Below the pieces are notes generated by a model, which worked only from the letters and a program-made list of their open reading frames with translations, was not told where the DNA came from and searched no databases. A stretch of DNA of 64,000 nt, from the NCBI RefSeq assembly GCF_043780375.1, contig NZ_JAYWCU010000173.1, forward strand, positions 548-64,547. Reading direction: 5' to 3'. Position numbers and translations under genes: made by a program. Below, one piece after another: positions 29,308-39,380 of this stretch (positions are counted from its first letter, which is position 1; the number at the start of each line of letters is the position of its first letter). The DNA comes from Emticicia sp. (lineage in GTDB: Bacteria; Bacteroidota; Bacteroidia; Cytophagales; Spirosomataceae).

Positions 29308-29339
29308 AAAGCCACATTTATAAGTAATGTGGCTTTTTT
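29308..29339 (+). terminator. Terminator after the FAH gene
   Basis: aaagccacatt / aatgtggcttt stem followed by T residues. Confidence 0.8.
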
Positions 29340-29425
29340 ATTGATATTTTTAGAATATAACCTTAAAATCATCTAATTTTAGGGACGATTATAGCCCTTT
29401 TTTCTACAAAAATATCAAGCCCAAA

Positions 29426-30880
29426 ATGAAAAAGTTTTTATTATTTATCTGCCTGATAGTCAGTCATTTAAGTTTTTCGCAACAAGCGTGTCTTTGTTCA
29501 CAGAACTTTGATTTTGCTTATCAAAAAATTAAAGATAATTATGCTGGTTGGAGCGATAAAATTACGCCACAAAACCAAGCCGAATTTGATAAACTCACGC
29601 AAGAGGTTCGAGAAGCAGCAAAAAAAATTACTAATGAGCGTGAGTGTTTTTTTCTACAAAAAAAATGGTTTGATTTCTTCAAAGATGGTCATCTTTTTAT
29701 TAGCCCAATTACACCTTATACCGTTAATGATTTACCCGAAGTTATAGCAAGTCGAGCGGCAAAAGTGCCTCAATTGGCATTTAACGAAACTAATTTTACA
29801 CAATATTTGAAAGAAAATGAAGCAAAATTACAATCCGTTGAAGGGATTTGGGAAAGTGATGATAAGGCATATAAAATTGGTATTTTGAAAGACAAAGCTA
29901 ATCCAAAAAAGTTTACCGGCTTTCTTTTAGCAGACCGTGATGCCGCCTGGAAAGCAGGTAAAGCCAAGTTTGAAATGCTCCAAGTAGCTCCTTTAAAATA
30001 TGTAACCAATTATTATTATGCCGATTTTTCGAACGAAAAAAACTTTACTCGTGAAATAAAAAACTTCTTAATCATAGAAAATATCTATAAATTCAACAAG
30101 ATTTTTCCTATTCCAAAAGAAGAAATAAACAATGAAGATCTACTACACCGAATTGCTGATTATCGTATCGAAAAAATAGATAATGAAACAGTTTTTCTTG
30201 TTTTACCGCCTTTTACTCTACCCAATGCCCCCGAATTTGTGCAAGAATTGCTAATGGCAAATGAGGAAGTTTTGAAAAATACGCCTAATTTAATCATTGA
30301 TTTGCGTAATAATCCAGGGGGCGATGATGCCGCCTTCACGGCATTGTTTCCTTATATTGCAACGAGTTCGATTATAAGAAAAGGAGGTATTTTTCGGTCA
30401 ACAGACGAAAACATCATTTCGCTCAAGCATGAGTTAGAAGCAATTCAAGAATATCCTATTTATAAAGAACGACTTACACCTAAATTACAGTACGTTGTGC
30501 AACAGATGGAAGTAAATAAAGGCAAATTTATTAATGGTCCAGACAAAGAATTTGCTTCTGGAAAAGTGATGGCGAACCCTAAAAAGGTAGCTTTTTTAGT
30601 TAATAAAAATACTGCAAGTACAGCAGAGCAGTTTATTTTAGAAGCAAAACAAAGTAGTAAAACAATAGTTTTTGGAGAAAACACAAAGGGTTTGGCAGAT
30701 TATATTGAAGTTCGAGATTGGGGTTTGCCGTGTTACGGCTGGCGAGTAGCATTTTCTTTAGCAAAAAATCCACGTTTAGCTCAAAAAGCTATTGACAACG
30801 TTGGTATTGCTCCCGATGTCAAAATCGGAGAAAACGAAGCCGATTGGGTAGAATTTGTAAAGAATTATTTAAAAAAATAA
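29426..30880 (+). CDS. S41 family peptidase, secreted
   Basis: Signal peptide, DGHL, IIDLRNNPGG, TASTAEQF, GENTKG, GIAPD. Confidence 0.9.
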   Translation: MKKFLLFICLIVSHLSFSQQACLCSQNFDFAYQKIKDNYAGWSDKITPQNQAEFDKLTQEVREAAKKITNERECFFLQKKWFDFFKDGHLFISPITPYTVNDLPEVIASRAAKVPQLAFNETNFTQYLKENEAKLQSVEGIWESDDKAYKIGILKDKANPKKFTGFLLADRDAAWKAGKAKFEMLQVAPLKYVTNYYYADFSNEKNFTREIKNFLIIENIYKFNKIFPIPKEEINNEDLLHRIADYRIEKIDNETVFLVLPPFTLPNAPEFVQELLMANEEVLKNTPNLIIDLRNNPGGDDAAFTALFPYIATSSIIRKGGIFRSTDENIISLKHELEAIQEYPIYKERLTPKLQYVVQQMEVNKGKFINGPDKEFASGKVMANPKKVAFLVNKNTASTAEQFILEAKQSSKTIVFGENTKGLADYIEVRDWGLPCYGWRVAFSLAKNPRLAQKAIDNVGIAPDVKIGENEADWVEFVKNYLKK

Positions 30881-30924
30881 CAATAAATTTTTCTTCGTAA
30901 ATTCAGTTACATCAAAAGGTTTTT

Positions 30925-30932
30925 TATCTTTG
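30925..30932 (+). promoter_or_regulatory. -7 promoter element
   Basis: TATCTTTG, 23 nt before the ATG at 30956. Confidence 0.6.
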
Positions 30933-30955
30933 ACGCAACAAAATTTTCTCAAACT

Positions 30956-33421
30956 ATGAAAAAAACATTCTGGATAATTCTCTCAGGAATTGTCTTACTT
31001 ACCTCCTGCCGCAAAAATGCGTCTTCAAACGACCCTAAAATCAATGAACTTCTCAAAGATTTTGCCAACAAACGAGTAAAACTACCTAATGGCTGGTCGC
31101 TTACTCCAGCAGGCAGAAGTGTAAATTTAGCCAACGATTTACCGCTAAATTTAGTTGTTTCCCCGTCAAAAAAGTATTTAGCAATTACTAACAATGGTCA
31201 AGGAAAGCAAAGTATTACGCTCATTGATGCCCAAACCGAGCAAATTTTAGACGATAAAGCTATCGAAAAATCGTGGGTGGGCTTAGCTTTTAGTCCTGAC
31301 GAAAAAAACGTTTATGTTTCGGGTGGAAATGATAATAAAATATTAGTTTATCGCCTTGAAAATGGCAAATTGATTAATGATTCTGAAATAGTTTTAGGTA
31401 AACCGTGGCCCACAAAAATATCCCCAGCAGGTTTATGCGTTACAGACAAAAATTTGTTTGTGGTGTCAAAAGAAAACAGCTCGCTTTACGTTTGCAATCT
31501 TGCCGATAAATCAATTACGAAGCAAGTGCAATTGCCCGCCGAGCCTTATACCTGTTTGCTTTCTCCCGACAAAAAAACTTTATATATTTCGCTTTGGGGC
31601 GGAGCAAAAATTTTGTTCTATAACATTGACAATCAATTAATTACGGCAGAAGTTAATGTTGATAAAAATCCCAATGACTTACTTTTAAGTAAAGACGGAA
31701 AGTATCTTTTTGTAGCTCATGGAAACGACAATACGGTTTCATTGATTGAGACGTCTACCAAAACAAAAATCGAAAGTTTATCGGCATCATTGTACCCAAA
31801 TTCACCCATCGGCACTACGCCCAATGGCTTGGCTTTGAATAATGACGAAACAAAACTTTTCATTGCCAACGCCGACAATAACTGCTTGGCAGTTTTTGAT
31901 GTTACCGAAAAAGGCAAAAGCAAATCTTTGGGTTTTATTCCTACTGGGTGGTATCCAACGTCGGTAAAATTGGTTAATGATAAAATTTTTGTAACCAACG
32001 GTAAAGGTTTTTCATCATTGCCAAACCCGAAAGGGCCAAATCCTGTAAGTTCAAAAGCCTCACAAGTGAAAGGTGCAAATCCAGAAGCAAATCGTGGTTT
32101 GCAATATATTGGGGGGCTTTTCAAAGGTACACTTTCGATTATTGATATGCCTGACGAACGAACTTTGGCAGCATATTCATCATTAGTCTATGAGAACTCA
32201 CCCTATAATAAAGATGTAGAACGTCAAGCAGAAGGAGAAAAAGGCAATCCGATTCCAACAAAATTAGGGGAGAGCTCACCCATCAAATATGTTTTTTATA
32301 TCATTAAAGAAAACCGTACTTACGACCAAGTTTTGGGCGATATGAAAGAAGGTAATGGTGATGCGGCATTATGCCTTTTTCCTGAAAAAATCACACCAAA
32401 CCAGCACGCTTTGGCTAAACAATTTGTGCTTTTAGATAATTTTTATGTTGATGCCGAAGTAAGTGCCGATGGTCATAATTGGTCAACGGCAGCTTATGCC
32501 AATGATTTTGTAGAAAAAACTTGGGTAAATAGCTACGGTGGCCGTGGTGGGAATTATGATTTTGAAGGAAGTCGAAAAATTGCCCATCCAAAAAATGGTT
32601 TTATTTGGGATTTTTGTAAAAGAGCAAATGTTAGTTATCGCACCTACGGAGAATTTACTTCTAATGGAAAAGCCACCGTTGAGATTTTGGAGGGACATTA
32701 TTGCAAAAACTTTAAAGATTATAGTTTGAGCTACAAAGATATTGACCGTGAGAGTGTTTGGGAGAAAGATTTAGACTCTTTGATTGCTATTAATGAAGTT
32801 CCAAGATTCAATTCAGTTCGTATGGGCAATGACCATACTTCGGGAGCAAGAATCGGAATGCCAACCCCCGAAGCTGCCGTGGCAGACAATGATTTGGCTG
32901 TCGGTAGATTTGTAGAACATTTATCAAAATCAAAGATTTGGAACGAATCGGTTGTTTTTATTTTGGAAGATGATGCCCAAAATGGCCCCGACCATGTGGA
33001 CGCTCACCGTTCGCCATGTTATGTAGCTGGGGGTTTTGTGAAACGTGGTTTTGTTGACCACACTGCCTATTCTACCACATCTGTTCTTCGTACGATGGAG
33101 CTAATTTTAGGGCTTCCGCCAATGAGCCAATATGATGCGGCCGCCAAACCTTTGTGGCGTTGTTTTTCACAAAAACCTAATAGTCAAGGTTTTACGTCGT
33201 TGTTAGCAGGAATAGATTTGAATGAAAGAAATGTGGCAATTAATATCAACTCCAAAAAATCTTCGATGTGGGATTTAAGCAAAGAAGATGCCGCCCCTGA
33301 TGTTGCTTTCAATGAAGTTATCTGGCAAACCGTACGTGGACTAAATAGCAAAATGCCCGCTCCTCGTCGAAGTGCTTTTGTAGTAATTGCAAAAAAAGAT
33401 GACGATGATGATGATGATTGA
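30956..33421 (+). CDS. YncE-like beta-propeller plus alkaline-phosphatase/phosphoesterase lipoprotein
   Basis: Lipobox LLTS|C, propeller repeats, IIKENRTYDQVLGD, SADGHNWS, EDDAQNGPDHVDAHRS, poly-Asp C-terminus. Confidence 0.88.
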   Translation: MKKTFWIILSGIVLLTSCRKNASSNDPKINELLKDFANKRVKLPNGWSLTPAGRSVNLANDLPLNLVVSPSKKYLAITNNGQGKQSITLIDAQTEQILDDKAIEKSWVGLAFSPDEKNVYVSGGNDNKILVYRLENGKLINDSEIVLGKPWPTKISPAGLCVTDKNLFVVSKENSSLYVCNLADKSITKQVQLPAEPYTCLLSPDKKTLYISLWGGAKILFYNIDNQLITAEVNVDKNPNDLLLSKDGKYLFVAHGNDNTVSLIETSTKTKIESLSASLYPNSPIGTTPNGLALNNDETKLFIANADNNCLAVFDVTEKGKSKSLGFIPTGWYPTSVKLVNDKIFVTNGKGFSSLPNPKGPNPVSSKASQVKGANPEANRGLQYIGGLFKGTLSIIDMPDERTLAAYSSLVYENSPYNKDVERQAEGEKGNPIPTKLGESSPIKYVFYIIKENRTYDQVLGDMKEGNGDAALCLFPEKITPNQHALAKQFVLLDNFYVDAEVSADGHNWSTAAYANDFVEKTWVNSYGGRGGNYDFEGSRKIAHPKNGFIWDFCKRANVSYRTYGEFTSNGKATVEILEGHYCKNFKDYSLSYKDIDRESVWEKDLDSLIAINEVPRFNSVRMGNDHTSGARIGMPTPEAAVADNDLAVGRFVEHLSKSKIWNESVVFILEDDAQNGPDHVDAHRSPCYVAGGFVKRGFVDHTAYSTTSVLRTMELILGLPPMSQYDAAAKPLWRCFSQKPNSQGFTSLLAGIDLNERNVAININSKKSSMWDLSKEDAAPDVAFNEVIWQTVRGLNSKMPAPRRSAFVVIAKKDDDDDDD

Positions 33422-33431
33422 GAAACTTATG

Positions 33432-33457
33432 TACGGCGGGTTAGGAAACCCGCCGTA
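33432..33457. repeat. GC-rich hairpin (REP-like or terminator) between convergent genes
   Basis: tacggcgggtt-agga-aacccgccgta; related copy at 45024-45047. Confidence 0.7.
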
Positions 33458-33459
33458 TG

Positions 33460-33870
33460 TTACCTACTTTCCATAAAACTCTGCAAGATAATTACGGCAC
33501 TGATTTTATCAATATTGCCTTTTATTTGGCGGTCTTTTTTCTTCATTCCGCCTGCAATCATGGTCTGAACAGCCATTTTTGAAGTAAACCGTTCGTCGTG
33601 GAGATGCACAGGTATTTCGGGGAAAGCAGTGTTTAATTCAACAATAAATCGTTCCACATAAGCAGTACCGTGGGTGCTTGTACCGTCTAAGTTTTTTGGC
33701 ATTCCAACCACAAAAGCCTCAATTGGCTCATTTTGGGCATATTTTTTAAGAAATTCCAAAAGTTTTTCTGTGGGAACAGTTTCGAGTGCCGAAGCAATAA
33801 TTTTGTTGGGGTCGGTTACTGCCAAACCTGTTCGTTTAGCACCGTAATCAATAGCGAGGATTCTTGGCAA
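33460..33870 (-). CDS. ruvX: YqgF/RuvX pre-16S rRNA nuclease
   Basis: ILAIDYGAKRTGLA, VVGMP, DERFTS, IDKISAVIILQ; TTG start. Confidence 0.95.
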   Translation of the reverse strand: MPRILAIDYGAKRTGLAVTDPNKIIASALETVPTEKLLEFLKKYAQNEPIEAFVVGMPKNLDGTSTHGTAYVERFIVELNTAFPEIPVHLHDERFTSKMAVQTMIAGGMKKKDRQIKGNIDKISAVIILQSFMESR

Positions 33871-33918
33871 TTTTTTGTTTATTTAGAAAATAATTCTTAC
33901 GAGATTGAAGATTTCTGA

Positions 33919-34734
33919 TTACAGTTTTTTTGCTTCTTCCCAAAAAACATCCATTTCTGCCAATGTCATATCTTTTAGGTTTTTGTTGGCATCTTTGGCT
34001 TTTTGTTCGAGGTATTGAAAACGCTTTGTAAATTTTTTGTTGGTACGTTCCAAAGCTGTTTCGGGGTTTAAGTCAATAAAACGAGCATAATTTACCAACG
34101 AAAATAGCAGATCCCCAAATTCGGCTTCGGCTTTTTCTTTGTCGATGGCTACATCATTTTCAACATCAAACATTTCTTTAAATTCGCCTATTTCTTCTTC
34201 AACCTTCGCCCAAACTTGGCTTTTTTCTTCCCAATCAAAACCTACGCCACGAGCTTTTTCTTGAATCCTCATTGCTTTTACCAATGCAGGAAGCGATTGT
34301 GGCACACCACCCAAAACCGATTTATTTCCCTCTTTTAGCTTCAATTGCTCCCAATTTCGCTTCACTTCTTCTTCGGTTTCGGCAATCACATCACCATAAA
34401 TATGTGGGTGACGAGAAACCAATTTATCGCAAATCGCATGAAGTACATCTGCTACATCAAATTCGCCTGTTTCGGAAGCAATTTTTGAATAAAATACTAA
34501 ATGGAGCATAATATCCCCTAATTCTTTCTTTATTTCGGGTAAATCTTTTTCCAAAATAGCGTCTGAAAGTTCGTAAGTTTCTTCAATCGTCAGATGGCGA
34601 AGTGTATCCATGGTTTGCTTTTTGTCCCACGGACATTTTTCACGAAGTTCGTCCATGATGGTCAGCAAACGGTCGAACGCCATGAGTTTTTCCATGCGTT
34701 GCGGAGGGAATATTGGGGGAAGTTTGTTACTCAT
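33919..34734 (-). CDS. mazG: Nucleoside triphosphate pyrophosphohydrolase
   Basis: CPWDKKQT, EETYEL, EELGD-like KELGDIM, KLVSRHPH, EFGDLLFS, KFTKRF. Confidence 0.96.
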   Translation of the reverse strand: MSNKLPPIFPPQRMEKLMAFDRLLTIMDELREKCPWDKKQTMDTLRHLTIEETYELSDAILEKDLPEIKKELGDIMLHLVFYSKIASETGEFDVADVLHAICDKLVSRHPHIYGDVIAETEEEVKRNWEQLKLKEGNKSVLGGVPQSLPALVKAMRIQEKARGVGFDWEEKSQVWAKVEEEIGEFKEMFDVENDVAIDKEKAEAEFGDLLFSLVNYARFIDLNPETALERTNKKFTKRFQYLEQKAKDANKNLKDMTLAEMDVFWEEAKKL

Positions 34735-34817
34735 AAGCTAATGAGTGAATTTTTGAGTGAATGAGTAATAATTTTTCGATTATTCTTCTAATTCTGCAAA
34801 GTTCGTCAAATAAAAAT

Positions 34818-34845
34818 AAAAAAGCCACCCGTTTTCACAGATGGC
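34818..34845 (-). terminator. Terminator after the thioredoxin-like pair
   Basis: Minus strand gccatctg-tgaaaa-cgggtggc (with G-U pairs) followed by a T run. Confidence 0.6.
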
Positions 34846-34897
34846 AATCAAAATCGTATTTTCTATGTTCTTGTGATCAATTGACCATCGACTGAAA

Positions 34898-35566
34898 TCA
34901 ACTTTTCCACTTTATTGCACAACCAACGGCTTTGGTTATGGTTGTTACTACTGGCTTACCTGTTAAAAGATTATTTACTGCATCTTCCACATACCGCTTC
35001 GTAACGCCCGACGGGTCTTGAGCATTATCGTCAATTGCACCTAAATAATGCACAACTATTTTGCCTCCTTCTTTTTTCAATACATAAACTTGTGGTGTAC
35101 GCATGGCTCCAAACATTTTCGAGACTGTTTGCGTATCATCAGCCAAATATGGATATGTATAACCTTTTTCCTTCGCTCGTGCTTGCATATTGGCAAAAGA
35201 ATCTTCTTCATAAGCCTCCGGATCATTGGGGTTTATACCAATAACAGGAAAGCCTTGTGACGCATATTTATTATCAAGGGCAATTACTCGGTCTTCATAA
35301 GATTTTGAAAATGGACAATGGTTTGAGGTGAAAATTACAATAAAACCTTTGGCAGAAGCAAATTCTGAGAGAGAAACCATTCTCCCATTAATATTTTTGA
35401 GCTTAAAATCAGCGATTACATCACCAATATTATACCCAAGTGCTTCGGAAGTTTTGACGGTTGGTGATTTTTTAAGTTGGGCAGCATCAACTTTTTTGAA
35501 AAAATAAGTCGAAAATACACCTCCTACAACCAACACTGCCCCCACAATCAAAATTTGCTTTTTCAT
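34898..35566 (-). CDS. AhpC/TSA-like thioredoxin-fold protein (SxxC variant)
   Basis: FTSNHCPF, FGAMRTPQVY, YLGAIDD, GCAIKW; N-terminal membrane anchor. Confidence 0.85.
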   Translation of the reverse strand: MKKQILIVGAVLVVGGVFSTYFFKKVDAAQLKKSPTVKTSEALGYNIGDVIADFKLKNINGRMVSLSEFASAKGFIVIFTSNHCPFSKSYEDRVIALDNKYASQGFPVIGINPNDPEAYEEDSFANMQARAKEKGYTYPYLADDTQTVSKMFGAMRTPQVYVLKKEGGKIVVHYLGAIDDNAQDPSGVTKRYVEDAVNNLLTGKPVVTTITKAVGCAIKWKS

Positions 35567-35643
35567 TTTTACTTTATTTTAAATTTACATTAGGAATAGC
35601 GGAAAATCTATCTGCAGATTAACGTTTTGAAAATAATTTTATT

Positions 35644-36117
35644 TCAAAAAAAGTGCTTTATTTTTTCAGTAAGTGTCTGATAATCAAACGCTTGTTCGTA
35701 AAATTCTTTTTTACTTCCTTGACTAATCAAAGTAGCAGGAATTGACCCTGACCAATCTTTGCTTACTTTATTAATCCAACTATCATAATCTGGTTCATCC
35801 AATAAATAAACTGGCGAATTGATTTTTTTGTCCACCACAAACTTCTTTACGCTCTCCAAATCTCGCTTAAAATCAAGACTTATAAAAATAACCTTTACTT
35901 TATTTTTACGAAAATCGTTGGCTATAGCCTCAAAATTGGGCATTTCGGCAACACAAGGACTACACCACGATGCCCAAAAATTAATAACATAAATGCCCTC
36001 ATTTTTTTGCATCAGTTTATCTAAGTCAGCATATTTTATCACTTCCACATTCTGAGCTGAGAGCCTATAACTGCCTAAAAAACAAGTAGTTACGAATAAC
36101 AATTTGAAAATTCTCAT
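35644..36117 (-). CDS. TlpA-like disulfide reductase
   Basis: INFWASWCSPC, WSGSIPAT. Confidence 0.88.
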   Translation of the reverse strand: MRIFKLLFVTTCFLGSYRLSAQNVEVIKYADLDKLMQKNEGIYVINFWASWCSPCVAEMPNFEAIANDFRKNKVKVIFISLDFKRDLESVKKFVVDKKINSPVYLLDEPDYDSWINKVSKDWSGSIPATLISQGSKKEFYEQAFDYQTLTEKIKHFF

Positions 36118-36281
36118 AATTATTATAAAAAGTATTATGTAAATTTATTTTTAAATTCTGTGATTAACAACAAGTTTAAGAAATGATTGATTGCTGGAGC
36201 GAATGATTAGAATCACTTAATAAGAAATTTATCAAAATTATTCTTTTTATTTGTTCAAAAATCAACCAAACTTATAAAACA

Positions 36282-36623
36282 ATGAAAAAACTTATCGTAT
36301 TGCTCTTCATTTCTTGCTTTTGTGCAAATATTACTTTCGCACAAACTGCCTCATCCGACTCACTAAAACAATATGTTGGCACTTATAAAATGAAAGGTGA
36401 TAGCCCATTTCAGTCCTACAATATTACTTTTGCCGACGGTTCAATTTCGGGCGAAGCAGATAGTTATGGTGCTAATAAATTGGTAATACAGGCAGGAACT
36501 GATAAATTTCAATCAACCAGTTCATATGGTTCTATTATTACTTTTACTCGCAATACTGATAAAAAAGTAATTGGGTTGAAAATGCTGATTGAAGGCTCTG
36601 AAATTCTTGCGGATAAGCAATAG
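36282..36623 (+). CDS. Small secreted protein, DUF3471-like
   Basis: Signal peptide ending TFA|Q; LKQYVGTY and ITFTRN..KVIGL patterns. Confidence 0.6.
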   Translation: MKKLIVLLFISCFCANITFAQTASSDSLKQYVGTYKMKGDSPFQSYNITFADGSISGEADSYGANKLVIQAGTDKFQSTSSYGSIITFTRNTDKKVIGLKMLIEGSEILADKQ

Positions 36624-36643
36624 CATTGTTTTTGGAGAATGAC

Positions 36644-38134
36644 TTATTTCAAACCATTCTCCAAACTTATCACTTTTCCGTGTTGTAATTTCAGTCTTTT
36701 ATCTACACAAGGAGGAATTTCATCTTCATAATGGGTTACATAAATTAGGGTTTTATCTAATTCTTGTACCAATTCATTGACCAAATCTCGAAAATAAACA
36801 AGGTGATTATAATCTAAACCCTGACAAGGTTCATCCAATAAAAGTAGCGGAGGATTTTTAATTAAAGCTCTTGCCAAAAAAACTTGCCGCTGTTCGCCTG
36901 TCGAAAGCTGATAAATTTTTCTTTCTGATAAATGATTGATATTCAACAATTTAAGATAGTTTTTCGTCAGTTCTCTTTCTTCATCAGTTAATTTTTTAAA
37001 CAGTCCAGCCGAATCAAAAAGCCCTGAGGCTGTTGCTTTCCACACCTCTGTATTTCGGTTGAAATATAAATGCAATTCGGGAGAAACATAGCCGATGCGT
37101 TGCTTAATGTCCCAAATACTTTCGCCCGAACCACGTTTACGGTCAAAAAGATCATAATCGTTTTGGTAGCCTTGCGGGTTATCGGCAGTGATTAAGCTCA
37201 AAATTGTACTTTTCCCCGAACCGTTAGGCCCCATTAATGCCCATTTTTCGCCTCGTTTTACTTGCCAACTCACATTATCAACTACATTTACACCTTTATA
37301 ACTCACCGTTACATTTCGCATATTTAAGGCATAAACGAAATCACTTTTAGTTTGTAATTGCTTTATTTTATCTAAAATTTCGGAATGAAGACTTGTTCTT
37401 GATTTGTGGACAACTTGTTGAAAATCAGCCACTTGTGTGGATAACCTACTAATTTTACCGTCAGTCAATTCTAAAACATGTGTAATACAAGATGAAATTT
37501 CATTGGGCGAAGTTATTAAAATAATTTGCACGCCCGACTTGGCTATTTGATTTAAGACTTCGTGCAACATTATTCTGCTTTCAACATCCAACCCAACAAA
37601 TGGATTATCGAGCAAAAGTAGCTTGGGTTTTCGTAGCAATGATAGCGTTATGAGTGTTCGGCGAGTTTCGCCATTAGAAAGCGTAACAATGTGTCGGTCT
37701 AATAAATGACTAATTTTTAGCAAGTTAGCTTTTTCTTCAAGTTCATGATTTGAAAATTCGGGTGGTGGAAGGCTGACCGAATTTTCATCAACTGTGCCAA
37801 TAGGTTTTATTTGATTTTGCAAAATTTCTCGTACTGTTGGAGCAATCTCAGCATCCATTGAGTTGAATCTTTGTTGGTAATATTGTGTAGCTGCCTGCAC
37901 GATGCGATTGAAACTATAATCTTTCGCCACAAAAGCGATTTCATCATAATTGGGTTTGGTAATTGTGCCGTGTATCGGAAATGTTTTTCCCGCAATAGCA
38001 TCTAAAAAAGTGCTTTTGCCCGCACCATTTCCACCGACAATTGCCCAATTTTCTCGTTCTTTTGCTTGCCAGTTTATGTTCTCTAATACTATTTGGTCGC
38101 CTTTCTGAATACTTACTTGATTGAATATTATCAT
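36644..38134 (-). CDS. modF: ModF-like tandem ABC ATPase
   Basis: Two nucleotide-binding domains (GGNGAGKS, LSNGE; GPNGSGKS, LSTGE), IWDIKQRIGYVSPELH. Confidence 0.8.
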   Translation of the reverse strand: MIIFNQVSIQKGDQIVLENINWQAKERENWAIVGGNGAGKSTFLDAIAGKTFPIHGTITKPNYDEIAFVAKDYSFNRIVQAATQYYQQRFNSMDAEIAPTVREILQNQIKPIGTVDENSVSLPPPEFSNHELEEKANLLKISHLLDRHIVTLSNGETRRTLITLSLLRKPKLLLLDNPFVGLDVESRIMLHEVLNQIAKSGVQIILITSPNEISSCITHVLELTDGKISRLSTQVADFQQVVHKSRTSLHSEILDKIKQLQTKSDFVYALNMRNVTVSYKGVNVVDNVSWQVKRGEKWALMGPNGSGKSTILSLITADNPQGYQNDYDLFDRKRGSGESIWDIKQRIGYVSPELHLYFNRNTEVWKATASGLFDSAGLFKKLTDEERELTKNYLKLLNINHLSERKIYQLSTGEQRQVFLARALIKNPPLLLLDEPCQGLDYNHLVYFRDLVNELVQELDKTLIYVTHYEDEIPPCVDKRLKLQHGKVISLENGLK

Positions 38135-38228
38135 TGAATTGATTGCTATGATTTATCTAATTTTCTTGATTTTTAAAAGAATTATATTTCTTACCTTTAT
38201 GCTTCGCTTCAAAATTAATCATTTTTTT

Positions 38229-38954
38229 ATGCAAGATTTAGTTTTTCTCACCCTTCTCGGCATCGTTGCCTTTCTCTATGCTTCAGTTGGACACGGTGGG
38301 GCGAGTGGATATTTGGCATTGATGGCACTTTTTAGTTTTCAGCCATCTTTGATGAAATCTTCTGCCTTGATATTAAATATTTTTGTATCTATTACTTCAT
38401 TTATTCAATTTTATCGAGCTGGGCATTTCCGTTGGAAATTGTTTTATCCATTGGCTTTAGCAAGTGTTCCGATGGCATTTTTGGGTGGAACAATGGTCAT
38501 TTCTGATAGTTTATATAAGAAAATGTTGGCGATTTGCTTAGTTTTGGCAATTTTCAGAATGCTGGTGAAACCTCAAAACGACAATGCTCAAAGAGAAGCC
38601 TCATTTATAGGAAGTTTGCTCATAGGTGGAGTTATCGGTCTTTTATCAGGAATGTTGGGTATCGGCGGAGGAATTATTTTGAGCCCCATTTTGATTTTAT
38701 TGAATTGGGCGAATCTCAAACAAACAGCAGCGATTTCGGCTTTATTTATTTTTGTGAATTCGATGGCAGGTTTTGCAGGATTAGTTTCTAAAGGTTTTCA
38801 ACCGAATACTCAGATTTATACTTGGTTGGTAGTAGCTTTTGCGGCTGGACTTTGTGGCTCATATTTTGGTAGCAAGAAATTTAATGTTCCAACTTTGCGT
38901 TATACTCTTGCAGGCGGACTAATTATTGCTTGTTTGAAATTGATTTTTACTTAG
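38229..38954 (+). CDS. TSUP (TauE/SafE) family permease
   Basis: YASVGHGGASGY, SGMLGIGGGIILSP. Start moved to the ATG at 38229. Confidence 0.88.
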   Translation: MQDLVFLTLLGIVAFLYASVGHGGASGYLALMALFSFQPSLMKSSALILNIFVSITSFIQFYRAGHFRWKLFYPLALASVPMAFLGGTMVISDSLYKKMLAICLVLAIFRMLVKPQNDNAQREASFIGSLLIGGVIGLLSGMLGIGGGIILSPILILLNWANLKQTAAISALFIFVNSMAGFAGLVSKGFQPNTQIYTWLVVAFAAGLCGSYFGSKKFNVPTLRYTLAGGLIIACLKLIFT

Positions 38955-39017
38955 AAAGTTAAAAAACTGTGGAACGGAACGCCGCCCACTACCGTCTATT
39001 GACCATCGACTATTTTT

Positions 39018-39260
39018 ATGAATTTACGTATTTTGTGCTTCGGCATTACCCGTGATATTATTGGACAATTTGAATATGCCACTTCGCTCGAAAGCGGTGC
39101 AACAGTTGCCGATTTGAAACAAAAACTTTCTTTACAATTCCCTGATTTTCAGGCACTTATGTCTTTACGAATTGCGTTAAATTCTGAATACGCTAATGAT
39201 GAAATGACCTTAAAAGAAAATGACGAAATTGTTCTAATTCCACCTGTGAGTGGTGGATGA
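39018..39260 (+). CDS. moaD: MoaD/ThiS sulfur carrier
   Basis: Beta-grasp length, IALNSEY, C-terminal PPVSGG. Confidence 0.92.
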   Translation: MNLRILCFGITRDIIGQFEYATSLESGATVADLKQKLSLQFPDFQALMSLRIALNSEYANDEMTLKENDEIVLIPPVSGG

Positions 39261-39282
39261 TTTAATAGACAATATTTTTTTG

Positions 39283-39290
39283 TAATTTTG
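39283..39290 (+). promoter_or_regulatory. -7 promoter element
   Basis: TAATTTTG upstream of the acetyltransferase gene. Confidence 0.5.
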
Positions 39291-39380
39291 TGTAAACTTT
39301 GAGTTGAAAAACTCATTCTTAATCGCTACGGCGAACCATTCTACATCTTTAATTCTTAATTATGCTTTAGCATACTGTTC

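Noticed and set aside
33398-33418. (GAT)n poly-Asp tail as a phase-variable tract
   Set aside because: It is an in-frame triplet run at the extreme C-terminus, so slippage would not switch expression
33460-34734. mazG-ruvX as an anti-phage module
   Set aside because: Both look like full-length housekeeping orthologs (tandem-domain MazG, YqgF) with no associated defence genes
38969-38990. gtggaacggaacgccgcccac as a Moco riboswitch or REP element before moaD
   Set aside because: Too short and poorly paired; no riboswitch architecture is recognisable
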